Below are positions 16,387-24,596 of a stretch of DNA of 32,040 nt, piece by piece (position 1 is the stretch's first letter; each line of letters begins with the position of its first letter). The notes beneath the pieces were generated by a model that did not search any database, was not told where the DNA came from, and saw only the letters and a list, made by a program, of their open reading frames with translations. A program made the translations under genes and the position numbers. Origin of the DNA: Steroidobacteraceae bacterium (lineage in GTDB: Bacteria > Pseudomonadota > Gammaproteobacteria > Steroidobacterales > Steroidobacteraceae); assembly GCA_049513435.1 (NCBI GenBank), contig JBEKWD010000006.1, positions 1-32,040 of the forward strand, given 5' to 3'.

Positions 16387-17910
16387 ATGAATAAGACGAT
16401 CATCGCCGTAACGGCGCTTCTGGCTACAGCGGCCCTTGGTACGAGCATAGTGATGGCCCAGCAGGCGGCGGCACCCGCTGCACCCGCGCAGCCCGCGCCC
16501 TCGCCGATGGGCAATGCACCCGAGCTATTTTCCAGCACCTGCGCCCCTTGCCACGGCACCGACCTGTCGGGTGGCCGCGGACCCAGTCTATTCGCCGAGC
16601 GGCTGCTGTCGGAAACGACTGACGCCGCGTTGCTGCACACGATTCGGGAGGGTATCGCCGATGGCGGCATGCCGGCCTTCAAAGCTCAGTTGAGCGATGC
16701 GGATATAGGTCGACTGATTGCCTATCTGCGCATTCGCGGCGGCCAGCTGAAAGGCCAGGTCAGCTTCCTGCCCGACCCGAACGGCCAGATCATCAAGAGC
16801 GAGAAGCAGACCTTCAAGATCGAGGTCGTGGCGGCCAATCTGGATACGCCATGGGGGGAGGTATTTCTGCCGGACGGGCGCATGCTGGTAACCGAGCGCC
16901 CCGGCCACATCCGCGTCATCGACCACGGCAAGCTGCTGCCCGATCCGGTCAAGGGCACGCCCCAGGACTGGGCACGCCAGGATGGCGGCTATTTCGATAT
17001 CGCGCTGCATCCGGACTACAAGCGCAATGGCTGGATCTACCTCTCGTTTTCGGAAGTCGCGCCGGGACTGACCACGCCGCCGGCGGACGACCCTAATGCG
17101 CCGCGCGCATCCCTGGGGCCCGCCCCGCTCAACATGACGCGCCTCGTTCGTGGCCGCATCAACGCCAACAACGAATGGGTGGACCAGCAGGACATCTTCC
17201 GTGCCCCAGCCGACGTCTACACAACTAGTGTCATTCATTACGGCTCCCGCTTCCTGTTCGACGGCAAGGGACATGTGTTCTGGTCGATGGGTGACCGCGG
17301 CGACAAGAGCAATGGGCAAAATCTGGGCTCGCCACTGGGAAAGATCCATCGCGTCAATGACGATGGCTCAGTGCCGGCCGACAATCCGTTCGTCAAGACG
17401 CCCGGCGCTGATCCCACCGTCTGGAGCTACGGCCACCGTAATCCAGAGGGCCTCAGTTTTGATCGGCGGACCGGACTGCTTTGGGAAAGCGAACACGGGC
17501 CCACCGGCGGAGACGAGATCAACATCATCGAGAAGGGACATAACTATGGCTGGGGCGTGATCTCGATGGGCTTGGAGCCGGGCATTACGGAGCAGCACCG
17601 TGCCGGGATGGAAGATCCGATCGCGTATTTCACGCCGTCCATCGGGCCCAGCGGCATGAGTTTCTATACTGGCCGCCGCTATCCGGGCTGGAAGGACAGC
17701 CTGTTCCTGTCGGCGCTGGTGGGCCAGAGGCTGATCCGCTTCGAGATCAAGGAGCGCCAGATTACGCACCAGGAAACGGTCTATCAGGGCTTCGGCCGCA
17801 CCCGCGACGTCATCACCGGGCCGGATGGATACTTATATGTTCTGCTGCAGAATTCTCAGACCCTGGCCAATTCACCGGGCATGGTGATCCGCCTGCTACC
17901 CACGCAATAG
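16387..17910 (+). CDS. cytochrome c-fused PQQ-dependent (soluble glucose/sorbosone-type) sugar dehydrogenase, periplasmic
   Basis: SD GGAGAGAG. Sec signal MNKTIIAVTALLATAALGTSIVMAQQ. Heme motif CAPCH with a downstream GGMPAF. Then FKIEVVAANLDTPWGEVFLPDGRMLVTERPGHIRVI...WSYGHRNPEGLSFD...EHGPTGGDEINIIEKGHNYGW, typical of the GSDH beta-propeller family. Confidence 0.85.
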   Translation: MNKTIIAVTALLATAALGTSIVMAQQAAAPAAPAQPAPSPMGNAPELFSSTCAPCHGTDLSGGRGPSLFAERLLSETTDAALLHTIREGIADGGMPAFKAQLSDADIGRLIAYLRIRGGQLKGQVSFLPDPNGQIIKSEKQTFKIEVVAANLDTPWGEVFLPDGRMLVTERPGHIRVIDHGKLLPDPVKGTPQDWARQDGGYFDIALHPDYKRNGWIYLSFSEVAPGLTTPPADDPNAPRASLGPAPLNMTRLVRGRINANNEWVDQQDIFRAPADVYTTSVIHYGSRFLFDGKGHVFWSMGDRGDKSNGQNLGSPLGKIHRVNDDGSVPADNPFVKTPGADPTVWSYGHRNPEGLSFDRRTGLLWESEHGPTGGDEINIIEKGHNYGWGVISMGLEPGITEQHRAGMEDPIAYFTPSIGPSGMSFYTGRRYPGWKDSLFLSALVGQRLIRFEIKERQITHQETVYQGFGRTRDVITGPDGYLYVLLQNSQTLANSPGMVIRLLPTQ

Positions 17911-18002
17911 CAAGCCAGCAGATTCTGGACAGCAAGAATCGGAGCGCGGTGATGATCTAACAGGGATACATTGATCGATGTCATTGGAATTGGGAGCTTG
18001 TC

Positions 18003-18470
18003 ATGGGTTTTCGCATTACTGGGCTTTCCCCAGAACCCTTCCGACATCTGTATGGTCTGAGCGACCAAGAGCTCGTGCTACATGGGGTCAAGCGGTGCAT
18101 CGCTGACAAGCAGCCTGGCTTTCCAGACCGCATCGAAATGCGTGACGCTTTGATCGGTGAGAAGCTCTTGCTTCTCAATCACGTTTGCCAGCCAGCCGAT
18201 ACGCCGTATCGGGCTACTCACGCAATATTTGTCAGAGAAGGCGCCGAGAATGTCTACGACCGAGTAGACGAAGTGCCCGAGGTCATGCGCACGCGACTAC
18301 TGTCCCTGCGTGCCTATGATACCGAGGGCATGATGTTGGATGCCGATGTGGTGGATGGACAGCACGTGGAGGGCGTTATTGCCCGCTTTTTTGCGCCCGC
18401 GCTGATCGCATATATTCACGCTCACAATGCAAAGCGCGGATGCTATTCGGGGCGGATTGATCGCGCCTGA
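18003..18470 (+). CDS. DUF1203-like protein (function unknown)
   Basis: 155 aa; SD GGGAG. GFPDRIEMRDALIGEKLLLLNHVCQPADTPYRATHAIFVREG resembles DUF1203 sequences as I remember them. The family label is from recall. Confidence 0.65.
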   Translation: MGFRITGLSPEPFRHLYGLSDQELVLHGVKRCIADKQPGFPDRIEMRDALIGEKLLLLNHVCQPADTPYRATHAIFVREGAENVYDRVDEVPEVMRTRLLSLRAYDTEGMMLDADVVDGQHVEGVIARFFAPALIAYIHAHNAKRGCYSGRIDRA

Positions 18471-18479
18471 GGCGCGCTA

Positions 18480-19385
18480 TTACGGGACCAACACTACTTT
18501 GCCATGGACCTGGCCGGACTCTGTCAACTGCTGGGCAGTGGCGGTCTCGCTCAGCCTGAATTTCCTGGCGATTGGAATCGCGAGCTTGCCACTTCGGACC
18601 GCCTCGGCCATGCGGGCGAGCCGCATCGCGTCGGGCTGTACCGAGAACGCCTCGATGCGAATGTCCTTGCCCTCCGCGGCCTTGGGCTTTCCGAGCACCG
18701 AGCCGAGCACGCCGCCGCGCTTGAGCTTCGGGAGCAGCTTTTCGATAACCTCGCCACCCAAGGTGTCGGCGATCGCATCGAGGTCCGGTAGCGCGCCAAT
18801 CTCGCCAGCCGAATCGAGCGCGACGATCTGCGCGGCCTTCAGCGCTTGAGCTTGCTGTCTCTGGTCTGCTCGCACGCCGATGATGACCCGCGCTCCGCGC
18901 TCCAGAGCGACAAACACCGCTGTGCGTCCAACCCCTCCGAGCGCTCCTGTCACCAGCACCGTGTCGCCGCGCTGTGGTGCGATGCGTTCCATCAGCTCTG
19001 CTCCGGTGGATACAACCAGAGGCAGTGCGCCAGCCTGTTCGATATTGAGTCCGTCGGGCACTAGCGCAAGCACTGCGCTTGGTACGGTCACTAATTCGGC
19101 ATACGTGCGATTGCCCAGCGCCATCACCTTCTGGCCGACCCTGAAGCCTGAAGCTCCAGCGCCAGCCACGCTGATCTCACCGGCGACGTCGCGGCCGAGT
19201 ATCACGGGAAACTGCAGCGCCATGGTGGCTTTCCGATCGCCGCGCCGGATTTTCCAATCGATGGGATTGATGCTTGTGGCCGCGAGCTTAATCAGCACTT
19301 CATTCGGCCCCGGGATAGGCGTCGGCACTTCCTCATAGCGAAGCTGGTCAACGCCTCCATATCCGTGCATCTGGATGGCTTTCAT
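18480..19385 (-). CDS. NADPH:quinone oxidoreductase / zinc-type alcohol dehydrogenase-like (MDR superfamily)
   Basis: Strong SD AGGAGG 7 nt upstream. MKAIQMHGYGGVDQLRYEEVPTPIPGPNEVLIKLAATSINPIDWKIRRG. Nucleotide-binding motif VLVTGALGGVGRTAV. Confidence 0.85.
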   Translation of the reverse strand: MKAIQMHGYGGVDQLRYEEVPTPIPGPNEVLIKLAATSINPIDWKIRRGDRKATMALQFPVILGRDVAGEISVAGAGASGFRVGQKVMALGNRTYAELVTVPSAVLALVPDGLNIEQAGALPLVVSTGAELMERIAPQRGDTVLVTGALGGVGRTAVFVALERGARVIIGVRADQRQQAQALKAAQIVALDSAGEIGALPDLDAIADTLGGEVIEKLLPKLKRGGVLGSVLGKPKAAEGKDIRIEAFSVQPDAMRLARMAEAVRSGKLAIPIARKFRLSETATAQQLTESGQVHGKVVLVP

Positions 19386-19402
19386 CGCAGCGACCTCCTA
19401 AC

Positions 19403-20665
19403 GTGATGCGCCTCACAATCGTCCTGGCCACATGGTCTGTGTTACTCGCAGGGGCCGTTGCGTGCGCTCACGCGTCGGAACTCATTCTCACGCACGCACG
19501 GGTGTATCCGTCACCAGACGCTCAACCTCTCGACGACGCGATAATTGTCGTACACGACGGTCGTGTGGCATCGCTGCGGCAAGCTTCGTCGAAAGCTGCC
19601 ATGCCCAACCCGCGTGGTGCTGCGGTCATCGACTGCACGGGCATGACAGTCACAGCTGGCCTCTGGAACAGTCACGTTCATATTCTTCCCGTAGAACTTC
19701 TGCACGCTGATAAAAAAACGGCATCGCAACTCACCTCTGCGCTACAGGAGATGCTAACTCGCTGGGGCTTCACGACCGTCTTTGATGTTGCCTCAATTCT
19801 CGATAACACGAATGTCATTCGGACGCGGATCGCAAGCGGTGAGGTCCTTGGCCCGCGCATTCTCACCACCGGCGAGCCGTTTTTCCCCGTGCACGGCGTA
19901 CCGAGCTATGTCTCGAAATATCTCGAGGAAAACAATATCGTCCTTCCCGACGACCCCACCACGGCTGTCGCCGTTGAGCGGGTCCGCCGGGAAATTCGCG
20001 CTGGTGCGGACGGCGTCAAGATATTCGCCGGCTCGATTGAAGGTCATAGCGTCTTATTGATGCCCTTAGAGCGCGCCCAGGCCATCGTTCAAGAGGCGCA
20101 TCGCTTGCACCGGCCCGTCTTTGCACACCCCTCCAACCTAGCCGGGCTCGATATTGCACTTAGCAGCGGCGTCGACGTGCTTGCGCATGTTACCTCGGAC
20201 GAAGAGGTTTGGCGGCCCGCTCTCATCGAACGCATGAAAGCCGCGCATATGGCGCTCATCCCTACGCTCACTTTGTTCGATGTTGAGATAAAGAAGGGAG
20301 GTGCTCCTGCGGACATTGCGCAGAAGTTCGTAGATAGCACGGGTGCACGACTGCGCGCCTACAACGCGGCTGGCGGTGACATCCTGTTTGGAACAGATGT
20401 CGGCTATATTTATCAGTTTGACACCTCTGAGGAGTACGACCTCATGCAGCGTGCTGGAATGACTTTCTCCCAGATCCTCGCGTCGTTGACCATCAATCCC
20501 GCACGTCGCTTTGGCTTTGCCGAGCATAGCGGGCGTATCGCCGTAAACATGGACGCGGATCTCACGGTTTTTCGCGGCGACCCTGGCACCGATATCTCGG
20601 CGTTCTCGCGGGTGAGTTACACAATTCGAGCTGGTAAGGTCATTTTTCCGGGAACGCCGAACTAG
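19403..20665 (+). CDS. secreted metal-dependent amidohydrolase family protein
   Basis: GTG 19403 or ATG 19406. Signal peptide MMRLTIVLATWSVLLAGAVACAHA. H-x-H motif in GLWNSHVHILP. C-terminal ILFGTDVGY Asp motif. No obvious SD. Confidence 0.8.
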   Translation: MMRLTIVLATWSVLLAGAVACAHASELILTHARVYPSPDAQPLDDAIIVVHDGRVASLRQASSKAAMPNPRGAAVIDCTGMTVTAGLWNSHVHILPVELLHADKKTASQLTSALQEMLTRWGFTTVFDVASILDNTNVIRTRIASGEVLGPRILTTGEPFFPVHGVPSYVSKYLEENNIVLPDDPTTAVAVERVRREIRAGADGVKIFAGSIEGHSVLLMPLERAQAIVQEAHRLHRPVFAHPSNLAGLDIALSSGVDVLAHVTSDEEVWRPALIERMKAAHMALIPTLTLFDVEIKKGGAPADIAQKFVDSTGARLRAYNAAGGDILFGTDVGYIYQFDTSEEYDLMQRAGMTFSQILASLTINPARRFGFAEHSGRIAVNMDADLTVFRGDPGTDISAFSRVSYTIRAGKVIFPGTPN

Positions 20666-20743
20666 GATCCGGAACCATAAGTGCATCCACTTGCAGCGCC
20701 CACAAACGGCTCACTCCTTCCGCTATCTCGTTGCAAATACTAG

Positions 20744-20759
20744 TGTGCGGCGCCGCACA
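20744..20759. promoter_or_regulatory. perfect 16-bp palindrome TGTGCGGCGCCGCACA (CRP/FNR-like 5-6-5 layout)
   Basis: Read directly; the reverse complement is identical. Lies about 103 nt upstream of the desaturase start. TGTGc-N6-gCACA mirrors the CRP consensus TGTGA-N6-TCACA. Assigning a regulator is inference. Confidence 0.35.
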
Positions 20760-20861
20760 ACCACAGAAGTGCTGTTCGGCTCGCATTGATAGGTCCGTCT
20801 GCTAGACTGGCGCCAGCAGCTCTTCCCCAAAGAATATTCTGTAACCGCGCGGTGTCCTATC

Positions 20862-21974
20862 TTGTCGTCGATTGACCGCATCAAGCGACAGAAGCGGGCC
20901 ATTGTTGGTCGGTACAACAAATCCGATAATGCTAAAGGCTTGACGCAAGCTCTGATGACGTTGGCGTCGCTTGCGCTCCTTTGGTGGGCCGCCATCTTGG
21001 GGGTCGGCGCTTCCCTCTGGCTTACCCTGGCCGCAATGCTTCTGATCATCCTGTTTGATGTGCGCGTGTTTGCGTTGATGCACGAATGCGGTCACGGCAG
21101 CTTGTTTCGCAGCCCTTGGCTCAATCGAGCGACCGGTTTTCTTCTCGGCGTCGTATCGGGCATGCCGCAGTATGTGTGGTCGCAGCATCATAGTTATCAC
21201 CACGTCCATAACGGCAATTGGGACAAATACCGTGGGCCTTACACGACGCTGTCGGTAGATGAATACGCCGTGATGACCAGCACGCAACAGCGCATGTATA
21301 GATACAAGTGCAGCCTTGCGGCCGCGCCAATTGCCGGTTTTATATACTTGATTTTCAACCCACGCTTTACTTGGTTAAAGGGCAGTATCGGCCTTGTGAT
21401 TCATATAATTCGAAATAAAGTAGCGCAGCCAACCGTATCGTGGAGGGTGCATGCCGCGAGCTTTAAAACTCGCTATTGGAAGTCGATGAAAGAGTATAGG
21501 CATATGTTCTGGAACAATGTCGTGCTTCTCAGCCTTTGGGGAGTCATGTGTTGGGCATTCGGGGCGGCGCTGTTCTTTACGATTTATTTGATCACGCTAT
21601 CGATTGCCGGTGCCGTGGGCATTATTTTATTCACCGTTCAGCACAATTTTGAGCACTCCTATGCGAGCGAAAACCAATGCTGGGACTACACCACTGGGTG
21701 CATTAAGGGAACTAGTTTTCTGATTCTGCCGCGCTGGATAAACTGGTTAACCGTCAATATGGCCTATCATCACATTCACCATCTATCCGCCAGCATTCCA
21801 AACTATAGCTTGGCCAAATGCCACATCGAATCTCAGCATCTGTTTTCGGATGTCACTCGCGTGAAGTTGTCCCAAATTCCCAACGCCTTGAAATACATCC
21901 TCTGGGATACGCACGCACAGCGAATCATTTCTGTGTTGGAATATCGGCAACAGCTCGCAAGGAGAGCGGAATAA
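20862..21974 (+). CDS. membrane fatty-acid desaturase family protein
   Basis: Three His boxes in the canonical order: HECGHGS, WSQHHSYHHVH, YHHIHHLS. Hydrophobic segments lie between them. The track start is a TTG (20862), so the start is uncertain. AT-richer than the rest of the window. Confidence 0.85.
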   Translation: MSSIDRIKRQKRAIVGRYNKSDNAKGLTQALMTLASLALLWWAAILGVGASLWLTLAAMLLIILFDVRVFALMHECGHGSLFRSPWLNRATGFLLGVVSGMPQYVWSQHHSYHHVHNGNWDKYRGPYTTLSVDEYAVMTSTQQRMYRYKCSLAAAPIAGFIYLIFNPRFTWLKGSIGLVIHIIRNKVAQPTVSWRVHAASFKTRYWKSMKEYRHMFWNNVVLLSLWGVMCWAFGAALFFTIYLITLSIAGAVGIILFTVQHNFEHSYASENQCWDYTTGCIKGTSFLILPRWINWLTVNMAYHHIHHLSASIPNYSLAKCHIESQHLFSDVTRVKLSQIPNALKYILWDTHAQRIISVLEYRQQLARRAE

Positions 21975-21991
21975 CCCAGGGAACTTCGGTG

Positions 21992-23068
21992 ATGCGGGCA
22001 TCGGGCTCATACGCGCTTTTGCTTGTATCCCTCCTCCTTGTGGCTGGCGAAGTGTGCGCGATGGGCGCCCCCGAGCCCCTATGGGCATACGGGTATTCGA
22101 CGCCTCCATTACCGAGCGACAAACCGGTTTCGCAGACGCCGCGCCCAAGCACCCGCGAACTGCGCTCGACCGAATCACCATATGAGCAGACACGATTGCG
22201 GCGGGTTGACGGAAGCGCCGCGGCTTACTCGAAGGTCGACATTCGCGATGGGGGGCGCGTTGCGGACTGGTTTCCCGGTGACCACCCAACGATGTCACGC
22301 GTGCTGGTCCGTGGGCCGGCCAAACTAGGAGCGACGTCCTGGGGCTGTGCCTACTGCCATCTCCCAACCGGTAAGGGTCGCCCAGAGAACGCGCCAGTGG
22401 TGGGACAGTCCGTAGCTTATTTCCTTCGACAGCTGGAGGATTTCAGGACCGACCTGCGTACTTCGGCCGACCCACGCAAGCCGAACACGCCCATGATGGC
22501 GGGCCTGGCAAAGGCCATGACTGACAAAGAAATGAAACAGACGGCGACGTATTTCGCTGCCATGAAATGGACGCCCTGGACCCGAGTCATTGAAACAGAT
22601 CTTGTGCCAAAAACGCGGATCGAGGGAAACCTGTTTATTGCGACCGAAAAGGCCCTGACTGAGCCTATAGCGGGACGAATAATAGAAGTGCCGGAGAACG
22701 CGGAACAATCCGAGGATCTGCGTAATCCCCGCTCGGGCTTCATCGCTTATGTACCGGTCGGCAGCATTAGTCGCGGCGAGAAACTGGTAACTGCCGGCGA
22801 CGCAAGCACTGTCGAGGGCAAGATCGTTCCGGGAAGGACGCTCGCCTGCGCCAGCTGTCATGGACCCGATCTAATGGGGCTTGCGGATGTACCAGGAATA
22901 GCCGGACGCTCTCCGAGCTATCTGGTTCGTCAGCTATACGACCTTCAAACAGGGACACGTAAAGGCAGCTCGTCGGCAGCAATGCAGCCTGTCGTCGCGA
23001 ACCTTACTAATGACGATATGGTGGCCATTGCGGCCTACTTAACCTCACGCGCCGCACGCAAGCCGTAG
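21992..23068 (+). CDS. periplasmic diheme c-type cytochrome
   Basis: The track ORF begins at 21818 inside the desaturase gene. ATG 21992 gives the signal peptide MRASGSYALLLVSLLLVAGEVCA. Two CxxCH motifs (CAYCH, CASCH), each followed by a class-I-like segment (…RQLEDFRTDLR… / …RQLYDLQTGTR…AMQPV). Confidence 0.85.
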   Translation: MRASGSYALLLVSLLLVAGEVCAMGAPEPLWAYGYSTPPLPSDKPVSQTPRPSTRELRSTESPYEQTRLRRVDGSAAAYSKVDIRDGGRVADWFPGDHPTMSRVLVRGPAKLGATSWGCAYCHLPTGKGRPENAPVVGQSVAYFLRQLEDFRTDLRTSADPRKPNTPMMAGLAKAMTDKEMKQTATYFAAMKWTPWTRVIETDLVPKTRIEGNLFIATEKALTEPIAGRIIEVPENAEQSEDLRNPRSGFIAYVPVGSISRGEKLVTAGDASTVEGKIVPGRTLACASCHGPDLMGLADVPGIAGRSPSYLVRQLYDLQTGTRKGSSSAAMQPVVANLTNDDMVAIAAYLTSRAARKP

Positions 23069-23116
23069 AGGCCAGTTACCGAGCTATCCTTCGCCGTACT
23101 TTCGAAGGAGTCAAAA

Positions 23117-23617
23117 ATGTCCGCCTACGAACTTGCCCAATTGAACGTTGGCATCATTAGAGGCCCGATGGACTCACCAGTCATGGCAGATTTCGCCGCG
23201 AACTTGGAACGCATTAACGCCCTCGCCGAGCGCTCTCCGGGATTTGTGTGGCGCCTCCAAACCGAAGATGGCGACGCCACGGCCATTCGTCCATTCGAGG
23301 ATGAGAACATGCTAGTCAACATGTCCGTGTGGCGAGACGTTGACTCACTCAACAGCTATGTCTACAGCTCAGCTCACGTGGAAGTCATGCGCCGTCGCCG
23401 TGAATGGTTTGAACGCATGACTGAGGCCTTTCTCGTGCTGTGGTGGGTCGCCAAAGGCCATCGCCCCACAGTCGCCGAAGGCGTGGCAAAGCTTGAAATT
23501 CTGCGAACGAAAGGCCCCACACCAGAAGCCTTTAGTTTCCGCAAAGCGTTTCCGCCCCCCGATGCAGCCCTTTCCCTGCCGCCAGCCATCTTCGGTGATG
23601 AATGCCCAGCCACCTGA
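23117..23617 (+). CDS. DUF3291-like protein (function unknown)
   Basis: SD AAGGAG. YELAQLNVGIIRGPMDSPVMADFAANLERINALAERSPGFVWRLQ...NMSVWRDVDSLNSYVYSSAHVEVMRRRREWF resembles DUF3291 as I recall it. The family label is from recall. Confidence 0.7.
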   Translation: MSAYELAQLNVGIIRGPMDSPVMADFAANLERINALAERSPGFVWRLQTEDGDATAIRPFEDENMLVNMSVWRDVDSLNSYVYSSAHVEVMRRRREWFERMTEAFLVLWWVAKGHRPTVAEGVAKLEILRTKGPTPEAFSFRKAFPPPDAALSLPPAIFGDECPAT

Positions 23618-23693
23618 CTGACACCAGACCGGCGCTTACTGTCCTTAAGTGCCCGTTGCGGCCAGAACCCGCGGCCCTCCAAAGCTAGCTCCG

Positions 23694-24407
23694 CTACAGC
23701 AATGCTCCGACCAGCTCGCCGTATGCCTGCCTTAATGCGTGGTAGCACTCGCAAGATCGCTTTTCGAGCCCTGGCCTGTCGGCGATCTCAAGGTCTCCTC
23801 GGCGGTAATTAATCAGCGCCTGGTCTTGCAATTCTGCGGCGACGGTGCCCACCGCCTGGCGGCGTACCCCGAGCATGTAAGCAAGCAATGCTTGGCTGAG
23901 GCGCATCTTGCCGCCCTCGAGCCGATCAGCGGTAATCAAGAGCCATCGGCACATGCGTTGTTCGACGCTGTGGCGCGCATTGCAGACTGCTGTCTGATAG
24001 CCAAATCGCAGGCTGTAAGCGGTAAAATGCTTCAGCAATGTCGTCGCGCGCTTACTGCCTTCGATTCCCCGACAAAATGCGCGCCTCGATATACGCAGCG
24101 CCTCGCCGGATCCCTGCTGCACAATTTGCGAAAGGCTCCTCTCGATCCCGAGCCAAATAGGTAGGCCAACCATACCTTCCTTACTGACCGTCATTACCTC
24201 CGCAGTTCCGCCGTCTTTGAGCTGTAAGAGCACCGAAAGAACGCTGCCACCCGTTGGGAAGTAGACGTGCGTTAGCGGGCGATGTTGTAGCGCCACGACA
24301 TAGCCCAGCGGATAAGTTATCGGCTCGAGATTTTTACGCAGTGATCTACAGTCCCTTAAAAGAGCTTGCAGCAACAGGTTACTACCCGAGTTGACCGCAT
24401 GCTCCAT
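23694..24407 (-). CDS. Crp/Fnr-family transcriptional regulator
   Basis: 237 aa. cNMP-binding-like beta-roll (HVYFPTGGSVLSVLLQLKDGGTAEVMTVSKEGMVGLP). C-terminal HTH LSQALLAYMLGVRRQAVGTVAAELQDQALINYRRGDLEIADRPGLEKRSCECY. Confidence 0.85.
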   Translation of the reverse strand: MEHAVNSGSNLLLQALLRDCRSLRKNLEPITYPLGYVVALQHRPLTHVYFPTGGSVLSVLLQLKDGGTAEVMTVSKEGMVGLPIWLGIERSLSQIVQQGSGEALRISRRAFCRGIEGSKRATTLLKHFTAYSLRFGYQTAVCNARHSVEQRMCRWLLITADRLEGGKMRLSQALLAYMLGVRRQAVGTVAAELQDQALINYRRGDLEIADRPGLEKRSCECYHALRQAYGELVGALL

Positions 24408-24424
24408 TAGTCACCCCTTGATAA

Positions 24425-24436
24425 AAGCACGTGCTT
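24425..24436. promoter_or_regulatory. perfect 12-bp palindrome AAGCACGTGCTT next to the crp-family gene SD
   Basis: Read directly, 18 nt upstream of the regulator start codon (24407, minus strand). Confidence 0.3.
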
Positions 24437-24458
24437 AGTAATTCTAGAGATAACTTCA

Positions 24459-24539
24459 GTGTCGGAATGCCTGTTAGCAGGCATACAGACAACCACACGT
24501 AGTAGTTTAATTGGGTCAATGTCGGACCAATTCCGACAC
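24459..24539. promoter_or_regulatory. nested and competing inverted repeats built on TGTCGGA / TCCGACA
   Basis: GTGTCGGAAT (24459-24468) is the exact reverse complement of ATTCCGACAC (24530-24539). There is a local hairpin ATGCCTG-ttag-CAGGCAT (24467-24484) and a local inverted repeat TGTCGGA-ccaat-TCCGACA (24520-24538). All read directly. Confidence 0.4.
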
Positions 24540-24596
24540 CTGTAAGCGCATAACCAGCCGGTGGGGGAAGAGGCGCGGGTTTGCGGGAATTGAGCT

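Noticed and set aside
17918-17937. GATTCT-N8-AGAATC inverted repeat after the cytochrome-PQQ dehydrogenase gene as a terminator
   Set aside because: The stem is only 6 bp and AT-rich, with no following T tract. That is too weak to call.
21818-21991. Upstream extension of the cytochrome c ORF overlapping the desaturase 3' end
   Set aside because: The extension has no signal peptide and overlaps the conserved desaturase frame. ATG 21992 gives a canonical signal peptide.
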